A stretch of DNA of 52,716 bases, the filler included, from Candidatus Limnocylindrales bacterium (GTDB lineage Bacteria; Moduliflexota; Moduliflexia; Moduliflexales; JAUQPW01): NCBI GenBank assembly GCA_035559535.1. It is 2 parts of 2 records of this genome, joined end to end, with 100 filler letters (N's around TTAATTAATTAA, not from the genome) between each part and the next. Parts side by side here need not be neighbours in the genome. Positions count along the whole stretch, not along the records: positions 20,754 to 52,716 come from DATMBG010000041.1; 1 more part is not named here. The stretch is one strand, 5' to 3'. This document shows positions 40,155-50,412 of the stretch, one piece after another. A model generated the notes under the pieces. It did no database searches. It was not told where the DNA came from and saw only the letters and a list, made by a program, of their open reading frames with translations. Both the position numbers and the translations under genes were made by a program. The number at the start of each line of letters is the position of its first letter. The first letter of the stretch is position 1.

Positions 40155-41454
40155 AACAATAAAAGTAGATTACCTTGCCCGGGTTGAAGGAGAAGGAGCC
40201 TTGTATGTAAAGATCAAGAATACCACCGTTGTAGATGTCAAATTAAAGATTTTCGAACCACCACGCTTTTTTGAGGCATTTTTGCGAGGGCGTGCTTTCA
40301 CGGAAGCACCGGATATTACAGCTCGTATCTGTGGTATCTGCCCTATCGCCTATCAGATGAGTGCTGTGCACGCCATGGAAGATGCTTTGGGTGTTGTGGT
40401 CGACGGACAACTCCGTGCACTGCGGCGACTTATCTACTGCGGAGAGTGGATAGAAAGCCACTCGCTTCATGTCTACATGCTCCATGCCCCAGACTTCCTC
40501 GGTTATGAAAGTGCTATTCATATGGCCAGGGACTACCCCGAGATCGTCCAGCGTGGCTTGCAACTGAAAAAGGTTGGAAACGAAATTGTAACCCATCTCG
40601 GTGGACGAGAGATCCATCCCATCAATGTACGGGTCGGGGGATTCTACAAGGTACCAACAAAGCAAGAACTGAAGCCGCTTGCGGAACGGCTCAAATGGGC
40701 CCGAAATGCTGCCTTTGAAACAGTTCGCTGGACTGCAACCTTACCCTTCCCAGAATTTGAGCAGGACTATGAATTCGTCGCCCTTCAGCATCCTGAAGAA
40801 TACCCCTTCAATGAAGGCCGGCTCGTTTCCAATAAGGGCCTAGATATCGCTATACGCAACTACGATGATTACTTTGTCGAAGAACATGTACCCCATTCCA
40901 ATGCCCTGCATTCCGTACTCAAGGAACAAGGTTCAGATAATTTGACAGGTCGCCCTTACCTGGTCGGTCCGTTAGCTCGCTATAACCTGAATTTTCATCG
41001 TCTTTCTCCTCTGGCTCAAGATGCAGCTCGCTCAGCCGGACTTTCGCCAGTATGCCGTAATCCCTTTCAGAGTATTATCGTTCGTAGTGTAGAAATCCTC
41101 TACGCCTGCGATGAAGCCTTACGCATTATTCAAGAATATGAACCGCCAGAAAAACCTGCGGTGGAGGTTCAACCGCGTGCAGCCACAGGGTATGGCTGTA
41201 CAGAAGCACCCCGTGGCATTCTCTACCATCGCTATCGCATTGACGACGACGGCACCATTCTCGACGCAAAAATTGTTCCCCCAACCTCTCAGAATCAAAA
41301 AATTATCGAAAGGGATCTCTATCAGTTTGTTTCAAAAAACATCGAATTACCTAAACAAAAGCTCACACAGCAATGCGAACAAACCATACGTAACTACGAT
41401 CCCTGTATTTCATGTGCAACGCATTTTTTGAAACTTAACATTGAGCAAGAATAA
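40144..41454 (+). CDS. Group 3b [NiFe]-hydrogenase alpha (large) subunit
   Basis: RVEGE, L1 RICGICP, EAPRG, L2 DPCISCATH plus cleavable C-terminal tail. Confidence 0.95.
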   Translation: MKSRTIKVDYLARVEGEGALYVKIKNTTVVDVKLKIFEPPRFFEAFLRGRAFTEAPDITARICGICPIAYQMSAVHAMEDALGVVVDGQLRALRRLIYCGEWIESHSLHVYMLHAPDFLGYESAIHMARDYPEIVQRGLQLKKVGNEIVTHLGGREIHPINVRVGGFYKVPTKQELKPLAERLKWARNAAFETVRWTATLPFPEFEQDYEFVALQHPEEYPFNEGRLVSNKGLDIAIRNYDDYFVEEHVPHSNALHSVLKEQGSDNLTGRPYLVGPLARYNLNFHRLSPLAQDAARSAGLSPVCRNPFQSIIVRSVEILYACDEALRIIQEYEPPEKPAVEVQPRAATGYGCTEAPRGILYHRYRIDDDGTILDAKIVPPTSQNQKIIERDLYQFVSKNIELPKQKLTQQCEQTIRNYDPCISCATHFLKLNIEQE

Positions 41455-41488
41455 GTAAGACAAATCTGGGTAAGGTTGTGAAAGGACC

Positions 41489-42001
41489 ATGGAATCGCAA
41501 ATTTCAAATTTCGAATCTCCTATTCTTCTTATCGGTATCGGTAATAAATACCGCAGCGATGATGGAATTGGACTCGAAATTGCCTGTAGACTCAAGGCTC
41601 TAAATTTACCTGGTATCAAGGTCATGGAGGAAACAGGGGAAGGAACTACCCTGTTGGAGGCATGGAAAGGCGTTGATAGGGTCATCCTTTTCGATGCGAT
41701 ATGTTCTGGTGCTATGCCAGGAACCATTTATCGATTTGATGCCCGTAATCAATCAATCCCTGCAAAGTTTTTTCACCACTCAACCCATGCCCTTGGTATT
41801 CCTGAAGCCATTGAGCTTGCTAGAGCCCTTCATCAACTTCCAACTTACCTCATCGTTTATGGTATCGAAGGGAAAAATTTCACTGCAGGTCTGGGATTTT
41901 CCTCGGAAGTTGAAGCGGCTGCCCAGGAAGTAGTAAAACAGGTGTTACGCGAGATTCAACCCCTTTTGTTACCAAACATGCACAGCAAAAACCTTACCTA
42001 A
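41489..42001 (+). CDS. Hydrogenase maturation protease
   Basis: GIGN..RSDDGIG, DA, STH. Confidence 0.92.
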   Translation: MESQISNFESPILLIGIGNKYRSDDGIGLEIACRLKALNLPGIKVMEETGEGTTLLEAWKGVDRVILFDAICSGAMPGTIYRFDARNQSIPAKFFHHSTHALGIPEAIELARALHQLPTYLIVYGIEGKNFTAGLGFSSEVEAAAQEVVKQVLREIQPLLLPNMHSKNLT

Positions 42002-42052
42002 GAAGGTTTGCTCTTCGAATGTTTTGAATTTCGAAGCTGTTCAAGAGGAGCT

Positions 42053-43834
42053 ATGAGGACCCTTAAGCTTTCCGAAAATGCGCTTCGAGTTTTAGAAGCC
42101 CGCTACCTTCGGCGTGATACGCAACGCCGAATCGTTGAGACACCGGAACAGCTCTTTGAGCGGGTCGCCAGGGCTATTGCCCATGCTGAACTTCTGCTGG
42201 GCAATGCCCGGCAAGCTGCTTATTGGCAGGACGAATTTTATAAGTTACTGGTATCCCTGGAATTCATACCCAATAGTCCCACGTTGATGAATGCCGGGGT
42301 ACCGCTGGGGCAGTTGAGCGCTTGCTTCGTTCTACCGGTGGAAGATACAATGGAAGGGATCTTTGAAGCCATTAAGCAGATGGCCCTGGTTCAACGAACG
42401 GGTGGGGGAACAGGTTTTTCTTTCTCTAAACTGCGGCCCAAAGGGGATGTGGTAGCCTCTACAGGGGGTGAAGCGTCGGGACCGGTCTCGTTTATGAAGA
42501 TCTTTGACTGTGTAACCGAATATATCAAGCAGGGAGGGAAGCGGCGAGGCGCCAATATGGGAGTCTTACGCGTGGATCATCCCGATATCCTGGAGTTGAT
42601 CACTGCCAAGCTCGATGGAACCAGCCTGCAGAATTTCAACATCTCCATAGGCGTTACAGATGCCTTCTTGAAAGCTGTCCGGCAGGATCAGCGATACGAC
42701 CTAATTCATCCTGGTACCGGAAAACCAGTGGGTCAGTTAAGGGCCAAACAAGTCTTCGACACCATCGTTGAGGCAGCCTGGCGGGTTGGGGATCCTGGCC
42801 TGCTCTTCCTGGATACGATCAACCGTGCCAATCCTACCCCTCATCTTGGCTCGATCGAAGCAACTAACCCTTGTGGAGAGATCCCCCTCTTACCCTATGA
42901 GTCCTGCAACCTGGGCTCCATCAACCTGGCACGTATGGTACGCGAGTACAATGACCATGTCGAAGTGGATTGGGTAAAGCTTCTCGATACAGTACGAAAA
43001 GCCATACGCTTCCTGGATGACGTGATAGAGGTCAATAAGTATCCTGTTCCTGAAATTGAACGCATGACACGGGGTAACCGCAAGATTGGTCTTGGTATAA
43101 TGGGCTTTGCCGAACTGCTCATCCGACTTAATATTTCTTATGATTCGGAGGAGGCTGTCGGATTAGCGGAGCGGATCATGCATGCCATTGCTTCTGAGGC
43201 TCTTAAGGTAGCTCAGGAGCTTGCTGAGGAACGTGGGGTTTTTCCAAACTGGAAGGGGAGTATTTACGAGACCAGGGGCATAAAAGTCCGAAATGCGACA
43301 TGTACGGCCATCGCACCGACTGGAACCCTCAGCATCCTGGCCAACACAAGTGCGAGTATCGAGCCCCTCTTTGCACTGGCCTACCAACGTAAGCATGTAT
43401 TGGGCGATCAGACACTCCGCGAAATCAATCCTATTTTCCTTGAGTACCTCCAACGCTATGGTCTAAATGTAGAAGAAATCGTTGAGAAAATTCTGGAAAA
43501 AGGTCGGCTTAAGGATATAGAAAAAGTACCTGAAGGACTCAAAAGGCTGTTTACAACGGCTCTGGAGATACCTCCCGAACGACATCTTCAGATTCAGGCA
43601 GCTTTTCAACGTCACGTCGATAACTCTGTTTCCAAGACAATTAATTTACCCCAAGACGCCACCCCCCAGGATGTGGCTCGTGCCTATTGGCGGGCCTGGG
43701 AACTGGGTTTAAAAGGCATCACCATTTATCGCTACGGAAGTAAATCGACACAAGTCCTCGAGTTGGGTGTCAATGAAAAGGCACACCACTATGATCACGC
43801 ATCCAAATGTGATCCCGAAGAATGCAGGGTATGA
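42053..43834 (+). CDS. nrdJ: Adenosylcobalamin-dependent (class II) ribonucleotide reductase
   Basis: PNSPTLMNAG, SACFVL, QGGKRRGANM, TNPCGE, SCNLGSINL, IAPTGT, SKTIN; C-terminal CDPEEC. Confidence 0.93.
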   Translation: MRTLKLSENALRVLEARYLRRDTQRRIVETPEQLFERVARAIAHAELLLGNARQAAYWQDEFYKLLVSLEFIPNSPTLMNAGVPLGQLSACFVLPVEDTMEGIFEAIKQMALVQRTGGGTGFSFSKLRPKGDVVASTGGEASGPVSFMKIFDCVTEYIKQGGKRRGANMGVLRVDHPDILELITAKLDGTSLQNFNISIGVTDAFLKAVRQDQRYDLIHPGTGKPVGQLRAKQVFDTIVEAAWRVGDPGLLFLDTINRANPTPHLGSIEATNPCGEIPLLPYESCNLGSINLARMVREYNDHVEVDWVKLLDTVRKAIRFLDDVIEVNKYPVPEIERMTRGNRKIGLGIMGFAELLIRLNISYDSEEAVGLAERIMHAIASEALKVAQELAEERGVFPNWKGSIYETRGIKVRNATCTAIAPTGTLSILANTSASIEPLFALAYQRKHVLGDQTLREINPIFLEYLQRYGLNVEEIVEKILEKGRLKDIEKVPEGLKRLFTTALEIPPERHLQIQAAFQRHVDNSVSKTINLPQDATPQDVARAYWRAWELGLKGITIYRYGSKSTQVLELGVNEKAHHYDHASKCDPEECRV

Positions 43835-43885
43835 CGGAGGCCTGGACATTATTTCCAGTATTCAATCTGTTGAAGTCGTAAGAGG

Positions 43886-43913
43886 GTAGGGGCAGGTTTC
43901 AAACTGCTCCTAC
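43886..43913 (+). repeat. 28-bp GTAG-type REP-like palindrome
   Basis: GTAGGGGCAGGTTTCAAACTGCTCCTAC. Confidence 0.65.
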
Positions 43914-44022
43914 TCCAGGTTTTTACATAAATCCTTATTGAACTCCCGCCACCTGAGTCGATAGGCAGTTGTTTTCCCTTTTATCCCTAAGGGGTGAGAA
44001 GAGGGAAACAGGCGGATTTTAA

Positions 44023-45723
44023 CTATAGACGTAGGGGCACACGGCCGTGTGCCCCTACAAAGAGGATATTTTTGAAGGTTGTATAGGTTTGCATACCACC
44101 CGACAGATTCCTGACCTTGAATCCATTCTGTAAGAGAACACGGGTAGCATAATAGGCCCGTTGACCCACTCCACACACTAACCAGACTTCTCGATCCTTT
44201 GACAATTCTCCCAGCCGACTCCGTAATTCATCGATAGGGATGTTTTTGGCCCCGGCGATATGACTCCTTTCGTACTCAGCTACGCTTCGTACATCAATAA
44301 GCTGCACATCTACCTTGTTTAACTCTTCCCAATCGGCTAAAGGTAGATCACCTCGTAAATGGTTGGCGGCGATCATTCCAGCCAGATTGACCGGGTCCTT
44401 GGCAGCTCCAAATTGGGGGGCATAACAAAGTTCAGCTTCCTCCAGGTCATAGACTGTTCCACCCATCTGGATAGCCATCGAAATAACATCGACGCGTCGG
44501 GCCACATCCGATTCACCCACGGCCTGCACTCCCAATATGCGGCCATCATCCTTAGAAAAGAGCAGTTTGATATGGATCGGCTTTGCACCAGGATAATACC
44601 CTACATGGCTACCCGGATGCAGGTAAATCTTCTGGTAGTTTTTTATTCCTGCACGTTTTAAAGCCTTTTCACTTGCACCCGTCATTGCCACAGTGAGACC
44701 AAAGACTCCACAGACAGCCGTACCCTGTACACCTCGAAAGTGTATATCGGCATTTGTACGGCCCAGTATGGCCGCTGCCGCTATACGCCCCTGTCGATGA
44801 GCAGGCCCTGCCAGAGGAACCAGTTGCCAGTTACCGGTAATTACATCCCGCACTTCCACCACGTCACCTACCGCCCAAATATTTGGGTCACTGGTCCGCA
44901 TCTGATCATCTACTCGAATGCCCCCGTGCTCACCTAAGACTAATCCAGCCTCTTTTGCTAAAGAAGTTTCGGGGCGCACCCCTACACTCAGTATCACAAG
45001 GTCTGTATCGATTTTGTCTCCTGACGCAGTATGGACGGATAAACCTCCTTGGGAACGTGGATAAAAACCCTCTACGCGGCTGTTGAGGCGCAGGTTCACT
45101 CCATTTGTCTGGAGATGCGCAGCTACAAAAGTCGCCATCTCGGGGTCAAGGAGAGGCACAACCTGGTTGGTCATCTCTACAATGGTAACGGATAAACCTC
45201 GTCGTACCAGATTCTCGGCCATTTCCAATCCAACAAACCCACCCCCTACGATAACGGCTTGAGAAGCATTTTCCACCGCCTTACGAATCTTCCGGCTATC
45301 TGGAATGGTTCGCAGTGCAAAAATACCTGGGAGATCGATCCCGGGAATCGGAGGCCGTATGGGTTGTGCACCCACTGCGAGTACTAAAGCGTCATAAGGC
45401 TCCCGGCGAATCTTACCGGTTTTGAGATCCCGGACTTCAATCTCTTTCTGGTATCGATCAATACGGGTAACCTCGGTTTCTGTATAAACTTCAATATTAA
45501 ATCGATCCTTGAAAAGTTTCGGTGTTGCTACCAGTAGATTTTCCTCCGTTGTAATGACATCCCCCACATAATAGGGTAAGCCGCAATTAGCAAAGGATAC
45601 ATAGGGACCTCGATCAAAGATCAGGATTTCACACTGTTCACAGAGACGTCTGGCCCGTGCTGCACAGGTTGCCCCTCCTGCAACACCCCCAACGATGAGA
45701 ATGCGCTTCTTGCTCATATCCAT
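44023..45723 (-). CDS. CoA-disulfide reductase / persulfide reductase with C-terminal rhodanese domain
   Basis: GGVAGG, SFANCGLPY, GGGFVGLE, YAPQFG, rhodanese CGVGQR. Confidence 0.92.
   Translation of the reverse strand: MDMSKKRILIVGGVAGGATCAARARRLCEQCEILIFDRGPYVSFANCGLPYYVGDVITTEENLLVATPKLFKDRFNIEVYTETEVTRIDRYQKEIEVRDLKTGKIRREPYDALVLAVGAQPIRPPIPGIDLPGIFALRTIPDSRKIRKAVENASQAVIVGGGFVGLEMAENLVRRGLSVTIVEMTNQVVPLLDPEMATFVAAHLQTNGVNLRLNSRVEGFYPRSQGGLSVHTASGDKIDTDLVILSVGVRPETSLAKEAGLVLGEHGGIRVDDQMRTSDPNIWAVGDVVEVRDVITGNWQLVPLAGPAHRQGRIAAAAILGRTNADIHFRGVQGTAVCGVFGLTVAMTGASEKALKRAGIKNYQKIYLHPGSHVGYYPGAKPIHIKLLFSKDDGRILGVQAVGESDVARRVDVISMAIQMGGTVYDLEEAELCYAPQFGAAKDPVNLAGMIAANHLRGDLPLADWEELNKVDVQLIDVRSVAEYERSHIAGAKNIPIDELRSRLGELSKDREVWLVCGVGQRAYYATRVLLQNGFKVRNLSGGMQTYTTFKNILFVGAHGRVPLRL
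44031..44058 (+). repeat. 28-bp GTAG-type REP-like palindrome overlapping the reductase 3' end
   Basis: GTAGGGGCACACGGCCGTGTGCCCCTAC, a perfect palindrome. Confidence 0.8.
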
Positions 45724-45816
45724 AGACCTTCCTCCAGTTATCAGATGTTTTTTCTTTAGAAAACGTAAGTAATATTGGCATTATAAATTGCCATAACTTA
45801 ATTGCCATAACTTACT

Positions 45817-45831
45817 TCAATAAACGTACCA
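45817..45831 (-). promoter_or_regulatory. Possible sigma54 promoter of the CoA-disulfide reductase
   Basis: TGGTAC-GTTTA-TTGA (imperfect -12). Confidence 0.45.
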
Positions 45832-45840
45832 AATTCTTTT

Positions 45841-46120
45841 AAGCTTCGAATCGGACAGCGAATCATTGCCATTGGTAATCCTTTGGATTGGAACAGTGAA
45901 GGTCCTTTGATCAACTCAAGGAGGAGAAGTTATTGGAAACACGGCTATGTTCTCTACTACAGGAAGGGCTTTTTTGATAGGTTCGCCATTTCCACTAATA
46001 CGGTGAAGGGAGAAGCAGCCCAGTCAATTACAAATCGACGGGTAATTCGACCCTGGATGGGGATCATCGGAGGAGTTACTATAACTCCTGAGTTAGCCAA
46101 AGTCTTGAAACTCTCGGTTA
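45841..46120 (+). pseudogene. Degraded HtrA/DegP serine protease remnant
   Basis: KLRIGQRIIAIGNPL, then NSEGPLINS (from GNSGGPL), frameshifted GEVIG-NTA, then FAISTN...RVIRPWMGI...TITPELAK. Confidence 0.75.
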
Positions 46121-46234
46121 TGGACTTTCACTTGAGTACCTGTTAGGAGTTTTATAGAATGAATCAATACCCCTTTGTATTTCATAAAGTAAGGGATTCT
46201 GTGGTTATTCCATGAAATGCGGATTAATGGAAGG

Positions 46235-47347
46235 TTACTTTTTTTTTCTTTTCTCCAGCGTTCGCAAACGTTGATAAAGGTTGCGTTCATCCTGGGAGAG
46301 TTGCTCCGGTATGTGCACCTGGACTGAGAGGTAAAGATCCCCTCGCTTTTTACCACCGAATTCTGGCAAACCTTTACCTTGCAAGCGTAACAAGGTATCT
46401 GGTTGCGTCCCTGGAGGTATCAACACTTCAACATCTTCTTCAAGTGTTGGGATGGACAATCGTGTACCGAGTACAGCCTCGGTAACCTGAATGGTCTTCC
46501 TGTGAAGGAGGTCCGCACCATGTCGTTCAAAGCGTGGATCAGGGGCACTGTGTACGACAACATATAGATCACCTGGAGGGCCTCCACTTTCTCGACTTGG
46601 CTGGCCGTAGCCCGGTATGCGCAAGGCCATTCCTTCCTCGATACCAGGGGGTATTTTGATGGTCAGCGTCTCCTCACGCTCAACCCTGCCTTGTCCCTTG
46701 CAGTCCGGGCACGGCATATCAATTACCGTTCCGCGACCGTGACAGGTACCACAGGCGGTAATCTGCCGGAAAGTGATGCCTCCCTTTTGCTGACTCTCAA
46801 CACGCTGGCCTGTCCCTTTACAAGAAGAACAGATAGGGGGTTGTGTGCCCGGCTTCGCCCCGATACCCTGGCAGGTCGAACAGGTTACTGGACGACTTAT
46901 ACGAACAGTTTCTTCACCACCGGTGAGCACACGTTCAAGCGGAATCACCAGCTCAACCTCGATATTGTCGCCAGGTTGCGGCCCTTTGCGAGGCCGCTTG
47001 CCAAAGAAGCGATCAAAGAAACTCTCACCAAAATCAAATCCAAGGTCAAAATCAAAACCGTGTCCACCGAAGATATCCCTGAAATCGATTCCACCAAAGA
47101 GATCTTCTGAAGAGAAACCAGAAACACCAGCAAAGCCAGCGGCATCATATTGTGCACGTTTCTGGGGATCCGAGAGAACCGCATAAGCCTCGGCAATCTC
47201 CTTAAAGCGCTCTGCAGCGCCAGGCTCTTTGTTACGGTCTGGGTGGTAACGCAGCGCAAGGGTCCGAAAGGCATCCTTGATCGTTTTTGCATCGGCGTTA
47301 CGAGGAACACCCAGGATTTCGTAGTAATCGCGTTGTGTGGACGCCAT
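46235..47347 (-). CDS. dnaJ: Chaperone DnaJ (class A)
   Basis: J-domain HPD, G/F region, four CxxCxGxG repeats. Confidence 0.95.
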   Translation of the reverse strand: MASTQRDYYEILGVPRNADAKTIKDAFRTLALRYHPDRNKEPGAAERFKEIAEAYAVLSDPQKRAQYDAAGFAGVSGFSSEDLFGGIDFRDIFGGHGFDFDLGFDFGESFFDRFFGKRPRKGPQPGDNIEVELVIPLERVLTGGEETVRISRPVTCSTCQGIGAKPGTQPPICSSCKGTGQRVESQQKGGITFRQITACGTCHGRGTVIDMPCPDCKGQGRVEREETLTIKIPPGIEEGMALRIPGYGQPSRESGGPPGDLYVVVHSAPDPRFERHGADLLHRKTIQVTEAVLGTRLSIPTLEEDVEVLIPPGTQPDTLLRLQGKGLPEFGGKKRGDLYLSVQVHIPEQLSQDERNLYQRLRTLEKRKKK

Positions 47348-47369
47348 AACCAGAGTTACCGTTTATAGA

Positions 47370-49238
47370 TTACGGTTTCTTTGTATACTCTGCATCAACA
47401 ACACGACCGTGCGGGCCAGATCCACCGGGCCATGCTTCACCCTGAGGAGTACTTGTACTCGATCCGGTTTGCGATCCACTTTGGGTCGATGACGAGGTTT
47501 GACCATAAAGTGTTTTACCGGCTTCCTGTAAGAGGGATTGAAGGGTAGCTGAGCGCTGAGCTGCCAGAGAAGCATCTCGCTTTGAGTAGGCTTCACGGGT
47601 TTCACGAAGAGACGCTTCGATCTTACTGCGTAACTCAACACTGAGCTTATCACCAAAATCGGCGAGCATCTTCTCAGCCTGATAACAAATGGAGTCAGCC
47701 ATATTAAGTTTTTCAGCTTCTTCACGGCGCCTGCGGTCCTCTTCAGCGTAACGTTCAGCTTCTTGGATCATGCGCTGCTTCTCCGCTTCTGGCAGTCGTG
47801 TAGAACCGGTAATCCGGATGGACTGTGACTTCTTGGTTGCCATATCCACTGCGGAAACGCTCAAAATACCATTCGAGTCGATATCAAAGGTAACTTCTAT
47901 CTTGGGAATACCACGGGGTGCAGGCGGAAGACCATCCAGGGTAAACTGACCAAGGCTGATATTGTCGGCTGCCATTGGTCGCTCACCCTGGAAAATATGG
48001 ATCGTGACGGCAGTCTGCATATCTGCAGCGGTCGTAAAAATCTCTGTACGCTTCACCGGAATGGGAGTATTGCGTGGAATTAAGGGTGTTGCGATGCCTC
48101 CCAGCGTTTCAACACCTAATGTCAAGGGTGTCACATCAACCAATACAATATCTCCCACTTCACCAGTAAGCACACCACCCTGAATGGCTGCACCTGAAGC
48201 AACACACTCCATGGGATCGATGCCTGTCTCGGCCTTTCTACCCAACAAATCCTCAAAAAAGGCACGCACTACCGGCATACGCGTCGGCCCCCCAACAAAT
48301 ACAAGACGATCGATATCCCGTGCGGTCATGTGAGCGTCTTTTAGTGCCTGCTCCACAGGGCCACGACACCGCTCAATGATGGGACGGACCAGGCGCTCCA
48401 GTTCTGCACGTGAAAGCTCTAATTCTAGATGACGAGGCATACCACCTGCAATAGTGAGATAAGGCAAGCTAATCCGCGTGGTTGTACTGGTGCTCAGTTC
48501 GATCTTTGCAATCTCGGCTGCTTCACGAAGGCGTGCCATCGCTTTCGGGTCACTTCGCACATCTACCTCGGTTTCCTGCTGAAAGTGCTCTACAAGAAAT
48601 TCGACAATCCGCTTGTCCATGTCAGTACCACCCAGTTGTGTGTCACCGCTGGTTGCTTTTACTTCAAATACGCCTTTCCCAAACTCCATGATTGTAACAT
48701 CAAGGGTTCCTCCACCCAAATCGATCACGGCAATTCGCAAATCCTGCCCAAGCCGATCAAGTCCGTAAGCAAGTGAAGCTGCAGTAGGTTCATTAACAAG
48801 CCGGGCAACTTCTAAACCCGCGATACGACAGGCATCTTTGGTGGCACTTCGCTGATTATCATCAAAGTACGCTGGAACTGTCACGACCGCTTTTTCGACA
48901 GGTTCACCAAGATATGCCTCAGCATCTCGTTTGATTTTTTGGAGCAAGAAAGCAGACAATTGTTCCGGCGAGAATTCTCGACCTCGCAGCCGAATTATTT
49001 CACGTCGCCCCATGAGCCGTTTGAAAGCAGTAGCCGTTCCCTCCGGATTCATTGCGGCTTGTCGCCGAGCAAGCTCCCCAACAAGTAACTGACCATCGGC
49101 TGTGATGGCAACGTAGCTGGGAAACGCCTTACCACCCAAACTAATGCCTTCAGCACTGGGAATAATCACCGGACGCCCTCCACGGAGTACCGCGGCAGCG
49201 GAATTTGAAGTTCCAAGATCGATTCCAATAATGGCCAT
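47370..49238 (-). CDS. dnaK: Chaperone DnaK (Hsp70) paralogue
   Basis: [45 protein letters not shown] precedes ATG 49238. Confidence 0.95.
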   Translation of the reverse strand: MAIIGIDLGTSNSAAAVLRGGRPVIIPSAEGISLGGKAFPSYVAITADGQLLVGELARRQAAMNPEGTATAFKRLMGRREIIRLRGREFSPEQLSAFLLQKIKRDAEAYLGEPVEKAVVTVPAYFDDNQRSATKDACRIAGLEVARLVNEPTAASLAYGLDRLGQDLRIAVIDLGGGTLDVTIMEFGKGVFEVKATSGDTQLGGTDMDKRIVEFLVEHFQQETEVDVRSDPKAMARLREAAEIAKIELSTSTTTRISLPYLTIAGGMPRHLELELSRAELERLVRPIIERCRGPVEQALKDAHMTARDIDRLVFVGGPTRMPVVRAFFEDLLGRKAETGIDPMECVASGAAIQGGVLTGEVGDIVLVDVTPLTLGVETLGGIATPLIPRNTPIPVKRTEIFTTAADMQTAVTIHIFQGERPMAADNISLGQFTLDGLPPAPRGIPKIEVTFDIDSNGILSVSAVDMATKKSQSIRITGSTRLPEAEKQRMIQEAERYAEEDRRRREEAEKLNMADSICYQAEKMLADFGDKLSVELRSKIEASLRETREAYSKRDASLAAQRSATLQSLLQEAGKTLYGQTSSSTQSGSQTGSSTSTPQGEAWPGGSGPHGRVVDAEYTKKP

Positions 49239-49520
49239 ACCTGTATCCTCCTTCACTAAGCAATTACCAGAAGTCCTATCATTTATAGGAATAGGTTACT
49301 GGAATCGCTTTAACCGTTATATAATAACACAACCCCCTTATTAAGCGGCTGTCGACAACTTCGACCTGTTTAGGTCTCACCCCCCATTAATTGGGATTAA
49401 TTCTTTCACTGGATTTGGGAAAGCCCTTTTGGAGAACTCCTGAGATTCTGATAAAGAAAGAACGCTGCCATTTTCAATTGCCAGAGTTCTGAGCTTTTAG
49501 TTGTTTAAAAAAATAATTTC

Positions 49521-49535
49521 GCAATCATTATGCCA
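49521..49535 (-). promoter_or_regulatory. Sigma54 promoter of dnaK-dnaJ
   Basis: TGGCAT-AATGA-TTGC on the minus strand. Confidence 0.78.
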
Positions 49536-49622
49536 AAGCTTTAAAGTAAAAGCTTTTCTCTTAAAAGCTAACCCCCCAGCATTTAAGATTTATAAGTATC
49601 TGTAACCCATTTCTTACGAAAA

Positions 49623-49637
49623 TGGCACAATAATTGC
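49623..49637 (+). promoter_or_regulatory. Sigma54 promoter of the THUMP-SDH protease unit
   Basis: Consensus TGGCAC-AATAA-TTGC. Confidence 0.82.
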
Positions 49638-49791
49638 GAAATTTAATAACGTAAATAAAATGTATGGCAAAAGAAATCAGAATAAGGATTGAAGGGATAA
49701 TCTTTATCAAGAGGGTGGAGCCTCTGAGATGCATAGGATTATCCCCCAATTACCCAAGTATTTAGCTTAGCAGGTAATGGGAGAAAACAAA

Positions 49792-50331
49792 ATGCACGAC
49801 TGGAATGTAGTGATCAGCGTTCATGAACATGGTTTTATCTCGGCTTGTGAACTCCTCGGTGAACTTGGACCAGTCAGCCGGACAGAGTTTCGTAATGTTT
49901 TAGTGATGAAAGTAGAGGATATTTCCTCCATGATGGAGACCTTGCGAGAATGGATATCAAAAAACCCTGGTATTCTTTCTTTTCTGGCTCGAGTAGTACC
50001 TGTTACCCATACCTTTACCTTCCAATTGCCTGAGGAATTCGAGGCTAAGGCTAAAGAAATTGTTCTAGGATGGGTCCCCCGATTAGCGGGAAAAAGATTT
50101 CATGTGCGGATGCATCGCCGTGGATTTAAAGGAAAACTTTCCAGTGTTGATGAAGAACGTTTTCTGGATAAAATCTTACTCGAGGCTTTAGAGAAGGCTG
50201 GAACTCCAGGTCATATTACCTTTGAGGATCCGGATGCAATTATAGTGATTGAAACAATTGGACAACGGGCTGGTCTTTCGTTCTGGACCCGTGAAGATTT
50301 GCAGAAGTATCCCTTTTTGCGACTGGATTAA
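49792..50331 (+). CDS. THUMP domain-containing protein
   Basis: FHVRMHRRG...PDAIIVIETIG pattern. Confidence 0.75.
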   Translation: MHDWNVVISVHEHGFISACELLGELGPVSRTEFRNVLVMKVEDISSMMETLREWISKNPGILSFLARVVPVTHTFTFQLPEEFEAKAKEIVLGWVPRLAGKRFHVRMHRRGFKGKLSSVDEERFLDKILLEALEKAGTPGHITFEDPDAIIVIETIGQRAGLSFWTREDLQKYPFLRLD

Positions 50332-50412
50332 ATTTTCGATCATAGGATTTGAAGCTTTGATAGAATCGTTGGAGTAATTTAATTTATTAAAGAACAGGTT
50401 AAGGAGTTAACT

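Noticed and set aside
45776-45791. TGGCAT-TATAAA-TTGC as a sigma54 promoter
   Set aside because: Spacing is one base too long, and it points only at a pseudogene.
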